The notes under the pieces were generated by a model. The model saw nothing but the letters and a program-made list of their open reading frames with translations. It was not told the origin of the DNA and ran no database searches. A stretch of DNA of 64,000 nt from Bacteroidota bacterium. GTDB taxonomy: Bacteria; Bacteroidota; Rhodothermia; Balneolales; HLUCCA01. The translations under genes were made by a program, and so were the position numbers. Positions 21,099-29,744 of this stretch are shown here, piece by piece (the stretch's first letter is position 1; every line of letters starts with the position of its first letter). The stretch is taken from NCBI GenBank assembly GCA_020832235.1, contig JAFIEZ010000003.1, positions 5,165 through 69,164 of the forward strand, in the 5' to 3' direction.

Positions 21099-22217
21099 AT
21101 GTACGCTGCTATGTATTCAACCAACGAAAAAAATCTGGCCAAAAAAATTCTGAATTACAGTGTGGAACTCAAAGCCGGTGAAAATGTGATGCTGCAGCTT
21201 GTAGGGTTAAATGGTGTAGGCCTGCTACGAGCAATGGTAGAGGAAGCCCGGCGATTGCAGGCACATCCTTTTGTTGATATTACAGATACGGAAATACAGC
21301 GTATGCTGGTAAGCAGCGGAGATATGGCTTTTTGGGAGCGACAGGCAACGGTTGATCAATTACCACTGATGAAGCAGATGGACGCCTATGTTGGTATTCG
21401 TGCTACCCAAAATATTTACGAAAGCTCTCAGGTGAGTGCCGATGCCAATAAGGCTTATGCAAAAGGCTTACTGGAACCTGTTCACTTCGAAGAGCGGGTG
21501 AATAATACACGCTGGTGCATTATGCGTTATCCGTCGGAAGCATTCGCTATGAACGCGAAAATGCCAACCCACGCATTTGAATCATTTTTCTATCAGGCCT
21601 GTCTGCTAGACTATGCCCGTCTTGCAGAGGCAATGAAACCACTGGAGGAGCGACTGCGGCAAACGCGGGAAGTGCACCTACAGGGCAACGGTACAGATAT
21701 TCGTTTCTCGGTTGAGGGTCAGAACTGGATACCTTGCACCGGTAAGCGGAATATTCCTGATGGTGAGTTATTCTCTTCTCCCATTCTGGAAAGCGTAAAC
21801 GGACATATTCGGTATGCACCCTCGGTGTATCAGGGGAAACCCTTTGAGTTTGTAGAGCTTCATGTAGAGCATGGTGTTGTGGTCAATTTTGATTCTTCGA
21901 ACAACAAAGCTCTTGAGGAAATACTATCTACCGATAAGGGGGCGAGCCGGTTCGGGGAATTCAGTTTTGGCACCAATCCCATCATTGAACGCCCGATGTA
22001 CGATATTCTCTTTGATGAGAAAATATATGGTTCTAATCACCTTACCCTTGGAAAGGATTATGAAATCGCCGCAAATGGGAATGACAGCTCCATTCACTGG
22101 GACCTTGTGTGTATCGGTCCTGATGTTTACCTGGACGGTCAGCTGGTAAGGAAGGGAAGACTATTCGTAACGGAAGATCTCGCGGTTTTGAATCCGGAGA
22201 ATTTGCTAAAATCGTAG
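21099..22217 (+). CDS. M29 family aminopeptidase (AmpS/aminopeptidase II-like)
   Basis: NIPDGELF, FGEFSFGTN, LFDEKIYGSNHLTLG and SSIHWDLV motifs. Confidence 0.88.
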   Translation: MYAAMYSTNEKNLAKKILNYSVELKAGENVMLQLVGLNGVGLLRAMVEEARRLQAHPFVDITDTEIQRMLVSSGDMAFWERQATVDQLPLMKQMDAYVGIRATQNIYESSQVSADANKAYAKGLLEPVHFEERVNNTRWCIMRYPSEAFAMNAKMPTHAFESFFYQACLLDYARLAEAMKPLEERLRQTREVHLQGNGTDIRFSVEGQNWIPCTGKRNIPDGELFSSPILESVNGHIRYAPSVYQGKPFEFVELHVEHGVVVNFDSSNNKALEEILSTDKGASRFGEFSFGTNPIIERPMYDILFDEKIYGSNHLTLGKDYEIAANGNDSSIHWDLVCIGPDVYLDGQLVRKGRLFVTEDLAVLNPENLLKS

Positions 22218-22303
22218 TGGTAATTGTGATTTACCGTTTATTATATTAGATTCTTACGATGAGACAATAAGGTCTCCAATTTCATCCAAAATAGATAGGT
22301 AAC

Positions 22304-22456
22304 GCGCCTAGGAGTCACACCCGCAAATGGCGCAGCAAGAGTGCACAGTGATGTGCAGTACAAAAATGTCAGGTTATTAAACTGACACGGCCGCGTTGTA
22401 TAAAACCGTGGGTTTTCTATAACGTGCTGAAACCATTGTTTTCGTAAGAAAACGGG
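22304..22456 (+). ncRNA. Candidate structured leader RNA (unassigned)
   Basis: Five consecutive stems, two capped by GNRA loops (GTGA, GTAA), upstream of a secreted-protein gene; see findings. Confidence 0.35.
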
Positions 22457-22479
22457 AAAAACACAATTAAAGAGGAAAT

Positions 22480-24612
22480 ATGATTAAGTCGTTACAGTCT
22501 TTTCAAAAGAAAGTGCTTGCAGGTATTCTGTTTGCAGGCTATATGAGTTTATCGCTTTTGTCAGGTACGCTCAGCGCTCAGGATGTTTTAAGTACAACTG
22601 TATGGAGCATACAGGCAGATCAAAACACCTGGTTCGCTAATGATGATAACACCAGGGGAGTTGCTTATAACAGGGCTACCGGTAATCTCATAGTCTTTAG
22701 CCGATCCGGAGGATTAAAACCTGTGGTGTTGAATGCAGCTACAGGCGATTCAATTGGTGTGCTTAGTGTTGCTGGTATATCCGGTGGAACATTCCCTGCT
22801 TCGCTCATAGATGTGTCGCCGGATGGTCGCATTTTTGCATCTAATTTAACGTTGAATGCAACAACTGGCGATTTTAAAATTTACAGCTGGGCCAATGAGT
22901 CGGCAGAACCCAAGTTAATTTACTCCGGTGATGTTAATGGAACTGCATTCCGTTTCGGAGATAGTTTCAGAGCCGACTTCACTGACGGGGCCAGTACACT
23001 TTTGGCTGGTGGGTCGGGGAATCCCAACCTGGCCCTCTTCACCTATGATGCCGCTCAGGATACCATATCAGCTGTAAATGTTCTGGCATTCGATCCGTCG
23101 GTAATGCGGGCTGTTCGTGGAATGGCTCCCATTGCCGGAGAGGACAGTCTCTGGGTGAACGAGTTTGAGTTTAACCTACGAAAAGTGAGCCTTAGTACAG
23201 GTCAATTTGGCACCGTGGTACCTGAAAGCGTATTCCCCACGAAAGAGTCACTCTGGGTTGATTATGCTGATGCCAATGGACGTAAACTGGCAGCAGTTTT
23301 TCCTTCCAGCCTAGGAGCAGCTGGTCAGAGCGCATCGATAATTGATTTGGCTACCGGAACGGAGATAGCCTACACGGATGTAGCATCGGGTGGGAATGCT
23401 AATGGTAACGGGTCTGGTGGTCCGATTCTTGATATTGCCAACGGCATGATGTATGTGCTTGCGACCAACAATCATATATCTGCTTACGACATTAGTGAAT
23501 ACATTCCGGCGCCTGTTACTATACGAGAATTCAATCTTTTGGGACCGGCTAACGGAGCCGCAGTTGACCTCGGTGCTGACCCTGCAACGGAAGTGGAAAT
23601 TACCTGGGAACAAGCCGTTTCGACCGTAGCCTGGTCACGTTCTGCGTTCAACTACGAGTTTGACAGCTTTGCTCATGGGGGTGAAGGAGCCAACGGAACC
23701 GGCGGGTATATCGGCAGCAGGTTAGGATCTGCAGCTACAGTGACATTACCCGTATTGGATTCGCCGGCGACAATTAGTATGTGGGCAGCAACATACAGCA
23801 ATGCAACTGTATTGTCGGTTGACATCCAAACATCTTCTGATAACACGAACTGGACTACCGTTGAAACGTTGGAAGCAGTGGCAGGAGGGACCGGTGATAT
23901 CAATGTTACCTGGAAGCAGGTTTCTGCCAACTTGAATGCAACCGGAGAGACATTCGTGCGTTTCCGCATTTACGGTGACAATATTGCCGGCGCTGCGTAT
24001 TTCGATGACGTTCGCGTTACCAATGCAACCGGAGTTGTAATTCTGGATGAAGACTTCGATGAATGGGAATCATTCCAGGAAGTAAGCTACACCTGGCATT
24101 TAGATGCGGTAAGCGGATCATTTGATCCACCAGCTCTGAGTATCCCTGCAGGTAATACTCCCGAGCTTACATTGACAATCGGTGCAATTTTAGCCGAAGC
24201 AGCCAGGCTGGAATTACCAGACGGGTTGTTCAACGGAGCATGGACGGTTACAGCTGAATTTGGTGATGAAGTTAAATTTGCTAACCAGATATGGACGGTA
24301 GATCTGGATGTTCCTGTGGGTACTTCTGTGGAAGATATAGAAAACCCATTCACTTTTGAGTTGGCTCAGAACTATCCGAATCCATTTAATCCCTCCACGC
24401 AGATTGCCTATAGTATTGCTGAAGTAGGTCATGTGGAGATTTCGGTTTACACGGTTACCGGTCAGCGAGTAGCAACGCTCGTTAACGAGACTATGCCGGC
24501 CGGCCGTCATGTTGTGAGCTTTGATGCGGCGCATCTTTCATCAGGTGTGTATATCTACAGGCTTACGAGTGGTGGTTTTACCAGCTCGCAAAAAATGCTG
24601 CTTGTGAAGTAA
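22480..24612 (+). CDS. Secreted DUF4623-like propeller + interrupted SusE-like domain + T9SS-type CTD
   Basis: Signal peptide; RGVAYNRATGNL...YVLATNN; CTD LAQNYPNPFNP...KMLLVK; AGAGG RBS. Confidence 0.8.
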   Translation: MIKSLQSFQKKVLAGILFAGYMSLSLLSGTLSAQDVLSTTVWSIQADQNTWFANDDNTRGVAYNRATGNLIVFSRSGGLKPVVLNAATGDSIGVLSVAGISGGTFPASLIDVSPDGRIFASNLTLNATTGDFKIYSWANESAEPKLIYSGDVNGTAFRFGDSFRADFTDGASTLLAGGSGNPNLALFTYDAAQDTISAVNVLAFDPSVMRAVRGMAPIAGEDSLWVNEFEFNLRKVSLSTGQFGTVVPESVFPTKESLWVDYADANGRKLAAVFPSSLGAAGQSASIIDLATGTEIAYTDVASGGNANGNGSGGPILDIANGMMYVLATNNHISAYDISEYIPAPVTIREFNLLGPANGAAVDLGADPATEVEITWEQAVSTVAWSRSAFNYEFDSFAHGGEGANGTGGYIGSRLGSAATVTLPVLDSPATISMWAATYSNATVLSVDIQTSSDNTNWTTVETLEAVAGGTGDINVTWKQVSANLNATGETFVRFRIYGDNIAGAAYFDDVRVTNATGVVILDEDFDEWESFQEVSYTWHLDAVSGSFDPPALSIPAGNTPELTLTIGAILAEAARLELPDGLFNGAWTVTAEFGDEVKFANQIWTVDLDVPVGTSVEDIENPFTFELAQNYPNPFNPSTQIAYSIAEVGHVEISVYTVTGQRVATLVNETMPAGRHVVSFDAAHLSSGVYIYRLTSGGFTSSQKMLLVK

Positions 24613-24638
24613 AAATCAGTTAAGTAGTTGCTACGTAT

Positions 24639-24674
24639 AAGGCGTACTCTCTTTATCGGGGGTGCGCCTTTTTT
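24639..24674 (+). terminator. Intrinsic terminator
   Basis: AAGGCGTACTC...GGGTGCGCCTTTTTT. Confidence 0.7.
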
Positions 24675-24840
24675 GTTAATGATATGTTCATTAAAAAAAG
24701 TGGAACATGTAGCATCTTTATGCTACATTGCAGTTGGATTTGTAGCGTTTCCGGTTTGGACTACGTCGCGTATCTACAAAAAAGATAACCCCGCATCGCA
24801 CCCATTTGCTTGGGTTATCGCATAACAAATCAACAAATAT

Positions 24841-27800
24841 ATGGAGTCGAATATGAGATTTGACCTACGATATTCCTTTTTAGGGATAACGATGATGGCG
24901 TTGCTATTGGGTTTTACATCCCTTGCATCTGCCCAATTTACAACAGATTGGCAGCGGTCGGTTGCCGGAGATAACCTGCCATCTTGGTTTGGAGGAAATA
25001 CAGAAAGAGGATTAGCGTACTTCCACTCTGGTGATGATACCTACCTACTTATAGCTTCCTCTGCTGCTTTTGCAACAACTGGAAGCGTTCGTGTTGTCAA
25101 TGCCGCTACTGGCGAAGATGTAGGTAGCTTAGACCTATCTGGCTACACAGGTACTGGTACTTTTGTAGTAAGTGACGTTGCCGTAACAGACGATGGAAAA
25201 ATCTTTGTATCCAATTTTGGGCAAAACAACTTTCATCCATTCCGAATTAACATGTTTGACGGAATTAATGATGACAGTCCGGTAGAGGTTCTTAATGACG
25301 GTATTAATGCAGGGGATACCTGGGAAGTTTCCCGCGCAATTTCTGTAACAGGAAGCTACACAGCCGGAACAGCCACAATCTATGCTATAAGTACTGGGGG
25401 TAACAACTCAGTTGCTATTTACAGTCAAACAGGTCCTGGCGAGCCTTTTTCTGATACCCCAAGAGTAGTAGCATTACAGACAGTAGGTGGAACACCTCAT
25501 GCTGCGGCAACAGGACCTGGTGAGTCAACTTTTTATGCTACAGGATCAGGACAGCCAGTTACCAAGTATGCTGCTGATGGTACTGTTATCGGGTCTATTC
25601 CTACCGAAGTAGTTGGTACAGGTGCCGGCAAAATTAAATTTCTAGGTTCTAGTATTTCTGGAGATGAGTTTTTAGCTATTTTCGACTTTCCTACTAGTAC
25701 TGCGCGGCTCGTTAATGTAGTTGGTGGTAATCCTGCAGATGCAGTGGCACTAGCTACATCTTCCCCTTTAGGCACGGCTGCTAATGCCAACGGGACTGGC
25801 GATATTACAGCCAGAAAAAATGCTGACGGCTCCGTTGATATTTATCTGCTTGCTACAAATAATGGTATCGCTCATTTCTCTAATGAAGCTACCATACTTG
25901 CCCCACCACCATCTATTGTGTCCTGGTCTTTCGACGGCACACCTAGCTCTGTCCTTGAGGGGCCGGTGACTGCCACGGATTCCAATCAGTTCCTCACTGG
26001 TACTGTTGATCGTGGACCTGGTTTAACGGGTACTTCGCTGCTTAATGGTTTTGCATCCAATGGATTTGATGCCGCTGATTTTGACGCTGCAGTTTCAGGT
26101 AATAAATACTATGACATTGTAGTAACAGCAGAAGGTGGTTATCAGTTTGGCATTGAAGCTATTGAATATAATTTCAGAAGAAGTGGTTCTGGTCCTAACG
26201 CTTTTCAATGGGCGTTCAGCACAGACGGCACTAATTTTGTCAATCTCGGTGATGTTATTTCTTATACGGAAAGTCCAACGAGTGGAACTGCATTCGGACC
26301 GTTTAGTACCTCTGCTATTGAGCAATTACAGGGTATAACAGAAGTTACCCTTAGAATGTATGCATGGGGCGCTTCAACTTCAGGCGGTACCGGTGCATTT
26401 GGTAGAATCTCAGGTGACGATATTGTCATTCGTGGATCTGTAATGGAAGATGAGAATTTTGTGCCACCAACAGCACCGTCTGAATTCGTTGCACAGCTCA
26501 GTGGCCTTACTGAAGTGCCAGCTAACCTGAGTGCAGGTACTGGTACCGTGAATGCAGTGCTTTCAGGTGATGAACTTGTTGTTACCGGTTCGTTTTCCGG
26601 TCTGGAAGGTGCCTACACCATGTCTCACATCCATACCGGTGTTGCCGGAACGAATGGCGATGTAGTGTTTACGTTGAATGCAGATGTTGACTCGCAGGGT
26701 AATGCCGCATATGTGGCTTCAAGTAACACCTTCACACTTACTGCTGAGCAGGTTACAGCCCTTGCTTCCGGTCAGTATTACATCAATGTACATTCAGATA
26801 AGTTCCCTGCAGGTGAAATTCGCGGTCAGCTTCTTGTTGATCCGAATACGGCTCCTACAGCCTCAGCTATAACTGCACCAGCAGATGCTGCTGAAATTAC
26901 GGTAGGAGGGTTTTCATCTACTCCGTTCGTTCCAACGTGGACGGCTGCTACTGATGCCGATGATGATCGCGTTGTCTATGTATGGCAACTTGCAGCTGAT
27001 GCTGATTTCGAGACCGTTCTACTTACGGTTAGCACAAATACCGCAACATCAGCAGAGCTCACTATGGGTGCTGTTGACGCACTTCTTGCAGAAAACGAAA
27101 TCGAAGTTGATGCTGTAAATACATTCTATCATAGAGTTGTAAGTACAGATGGCAGTGCGCTGACCTTTGGTGACGGCGCTTCCGTAGTCATTACCCGTGG
27201 TGTTGTATTTGATACATTCGACATCGCAGATGTATATGACCTTGAAAACGGTACCTTAGTAACAGTTCAGGGTATTGTTACAAGAGCGGTCGGTAATGAA
27301 ACAAGGCTGCAAGACGAAACAGCAGGGATTTCAACATTTGGTCCTTCCAGCTCACTGATTTCAGGACTGGTTGCTTCCGGAGAATTGGCTAAGGGTGATT
27401 CCGTTCGTATAACGGGTGAAAAGAGTTCCTTTGCCGGACTGACTCAAATAAATCAAATAGCAGAGGTGACGGTTTTATCTCGAGAAAATCCACTGCCTGC
27501 GCCATCTTTGGTAACGTTGGCAGAAATTCGAGACAATGGAGCCGATTACTTAAGTCAATTAGTTCGAGTTGAAGGACTTACCATAAACAGTACCGGTACA
27601 TTCAGTGTCAATACAACATATGAAATTACCGATGCTACGGAGCCTACACCAGGTGTTGTAGAATTCCGAACACCAAACAATCCAAATACGACGATTGGTA
27701 ACACAACAATTCCTGATCGGGCATTTAATTATGAGGGCGTAATTGCCGTTCGTAATGGTGTATTCAGACTGTATCCGCAAGAAGCAACTGATATTCAATT

Positions 27801-29550
27801 ACCCGCTTTGCCACTGGCTGGAGAGTATTTCATACCACAGGGCAGTAATAGCCGAGGCTTTGAAACACTCGGTGAAGCATTTGCGGTACTAAATGAAGCA
27901 GGAGTTTCGGGCGCTGTAACGTTGTATATCGCTGAAGACTTAGACGAGACGGAATCCGTACTCGCTCTTGTTAATGTTGCAACAAGCGAAAGTAACAGCA
28001 TTACAATCATGCCTGCACCAGAAATGACACCAACAATTACGGTAACTGGCAGCAATGTTGCCGCTACTGAGAGTGCGGGTGCTGGTATAGCTATATACAA
28101 TACCCCTTGGGTAACTTTTGACGGATCCAATGACGGTTCTGGTGATATCAACATGTCTATCGTATATGATGGTACCGCTGGTGCGAATGGCGTATTCAGT
28201 ATTATTGGCTCGTCAAGTAATGTGAGTGTTAAAAACATGAGCATTACCTACGAAAACGCGTCGGCTTCAGCTACTGGAATACGTGTACGTCGGGATAATG
28301 CTGCTACAACAGTACCCGTTGATTTACTATTCTACAATAATATAATCGGTTCATTTGAGAATCCGTTTAAAGATGGTGTTGCCTTGTTTGGAACGGGTAG
28401 CCCATTGTTAAGAGTGGAAGCCCATGTGATTGATAATGATATCTACGCTACACATCGTGGTATAACTACCTTCTTTGTAGACGAGAACATCTATCATGAC
28501 AACCTGATTATACTTACCGGTGAATTTGAAAATCCTGCCTGGTATGGTGGAATTTATATCGCTGGCGCTGGTGGACTCACAGAGGTCACAGCTAACCGTA
28601 TCTATACTGTTGGAGCGAACTTCACTACTAATGGAAGGTATGTCGCAGGTATAGTAGTTAATCTTAATGCCGATGAGGTATTAATTGCTAATAACTACAT
28701 CTCCACTTCTGAAGATTTTGAGAATCTGGGTAGCGCTACTGAATACGCTGTATTCGGTATAGCTTTCCAAAGAGGAGATGGTGTAGAAGATTACTACATC
28801 GTTCATAACTCTATTCTTACAACGGAAGAGGCAGCAGCAGATAACCGCAAAACCGCAAACATAGGTTATGTTGGTGCCGGTGGCTTTGGTGCCTTCCAGT
28901 ATCTTCGTAATAACATCTTTGTTAATGAAGCCGGTGGCAATCTCTACTGGCCTGTAACAAACGTACCAACACTTAATTCAAACTACAACAACTTCCTTTC
29001 AACAGGTAATTTGGCTGTAATTGGTGAAGATACGTTTGCTAATCTTGCTGCATGGCAAGCGCTAGGCCTGGATGCAAAATCTGTCAGCCATCCGGTTGAA
29101 TTTGTATCTGATGTGGACCTGGCCCTTACAGGTAGTTCACTTGGTGATGATATGTTACGTGGTAACTTTGTTGAATTCGTTCCTGAGGATATCAATGGAA
29201 CGATGCGAAATCCTGGTGCACCCTACATGGGCGCATTTGAATCGGAAGTTACACTGACTGATATCGAACATTCAGAGGAAATGCCGGTGGCCTTTGCGCT
29301 TAACCAAAACTTCCCCAACCCGTTCAACCCGACCACTACCATCAGCTATCAACTGCCGGTAGAAACGCAGGTTCAATTGAATGTATACACCGTAACAGGT
29401 CAGCTCGTTGCCACTTTGGTAAACGATGTACGTTCTGCTGGAACTCATCAGGTTAACTTCGATGCATCTCGTCTCGCCTCTGGCGTGTACGTGTACCGCA
29501 TCGTTGCCGGTGATTTCATTCAGACACAGAAAATGACACTGATTAAGTAA
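24841..29550 (+). CDS. Large secreted multidomain protein (DUF4623-like propeller, jelly-roll, CHRD, SusE-like, OB-fold-like, beta-helix-like, T9SS-type CTD)
   Basis: Signal peptide; ERGLAY...YLLATNNG; CHRD motif SHIHTG...YINVHSDKFPAGEIRGQ; VTVQGIVT OB-like segment; CTD LNQNFPNPFNP...KMTLIK. Confidence 0.82.
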   Translation: MESNMRFDLRYSFLGITMMALLLGFTSLASAQFTTDWQRSVAGDNLPSWFGGNTERGLAYFHSGDDTYLLIASSAAFATTGSVRVVNAATGEDVGSLDLSGYTGTGTFVVSDVAVTDDGKIFVSNFGQNNFHPFRINMFDGINDDSPVEVLNDGINAGDTWEVSRAISVTGSYTAGTATIYAISTGGNNSVAIYSQTGPGEPFSDTPRVVALQTVGGTPHAAATGPGESTFYATGSGQPVTKYAADGTVIGSIPTEVVGTGAGKIKFLGSSISGDEFLAIFDFPTSTARLVNVVGGNPADAVALATSSPLGTAANANGTGDITARKNADGSVDIYLLATNNGIAHFSNEATILAPPPSIVSWSFDGTPSSVLEGPVTATDSNQFLTGTVDRGPGLTGTSLLNGFASNGFDAADFDAAVSGNKYYDIVVTAEGGYQFGIEAIEYNFRRSGSGPNAFQWAFSTDGTNFVNLGDVISYTESPTSGTAFGPFSTSAIEQLQGITEVTLRMYAWGASTSGGTGAFGRISGDDIVIRGSVMEDENFVPPTAPSEFVAQLSGLTEVPANLSAGTGTVNAVLSGDELVVTGSFSGLEGAYTMSHIHTGVAGTNGDVVFTLNADVDSQGNAAYVASSNTFTLTAEQVTALASGQYYINVHSDKFPAGEIRGQLLVDPNTAPTASAITAPADAAEITVGGFSSTPFVPTWTAATDADDDRVVYVWQLAADADFETVLLTVSTNTATSAELTMGAVDALLAENEIEVDAVNTFYHRVVSTDGSALTFGDGASVVITRGVVFDTFDIADVYDLENGTLVTVQGIVTRAVGNETRLQDETAGISTFGPSSSLISGLVASGELAKGDSVRITGEKSSFAGLTQINQIAEVTVLSRENPLPAPSLVTLAEIRDNGADYLSQLVRVEGLTINSTGTFSVNTTYEITDATEPTPGVVEFRTPNNPNTTIGNTTIPDRAFNYEGVIAVRNGVFRLYPQEATDIQLPALPLAGEYFIPQGSNSRGFETLGEAFAVLNEAGVSGAVTLYIAEDLDETESVLALVNVATSESNSITIMPAPEMTPTITVTGSNVAATESAGAGIAIYNTPWVTFDGSNDGSGDINMSIVYDGTAGANGVFSIIGSSSNVSVKNMSITYENASASATGIRVRRDNAATTVPVDLLFYNNIIGSFENPFKDGVALFGTGSPLLRVEAHVIDNDIYATHRGITTFFVDENIYHDNLIILTGEFENPAWYGGIYIAGAGGLTEVTANRIYTVGANFTTNGRYVAGIVVNLNADEVLIANNYISTSEDFENLGSATEYAVFGIAFQRGDGVEDYYIVHNSILTTEEAAADNRKTANIGYVGAGGFGAFQYLRNNIFVNEAGGNLYWPVTNVPTLNSNYNNFLSTGNLAVIGEDTFANLAAWQALGLDAKSVSHPVEFVSDVDLALTGSSLGDDMLRGNFVEFVPEDINGTMRNPGAPYMGAFESEVTLTDIEHSEEMPVAFALNQNFPNPFNPTTTISYQLPVETQVQLNVYTVTGQLVATLVNDVRSAGTHQVNFDASRLASGVYVYRIVAGDFIQTQKMTLIK

Positions 29551-29573
29551 TTTTCTTGCTGAAATGTCATTTC

Positions 29574-29608
29574 AAAGGGCACTATCCGAAAGGGTAGTGC
29601 CCTTTTTT
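29574..29608 (+). terminator. Intrinsic terminator with GAAA tetraloop
   Basis: AAAGGGCACTATCC-GAAA-GGGTAGTGCCCTTTTTT. Confidence 0.85.
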
Positions 29609-29744
29609 AATTTCAAGGATAAATTCGTGCAACTTACTGCGAAAATGGCGTTCTTATAGCGTATAAGATGTTGGGAATTTCACAGATATCCGTATTGTTT
29701 AATCTCATATAAGATTAGTTTATTTACCAGACTCAGGGCGGCAC

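Noticed and set aside
22300-22365. glmS ribozyme, c-di-GMP-I or lysine riboswitch identity for the leader RNA
   Set aside because: It has GCGCC and a GTGA-capped stem followed by ACAAA, but lacks the glmS core (GACGAGG, ATCGAG, GGCGG) and the consensus elements of the other families as I recall them.
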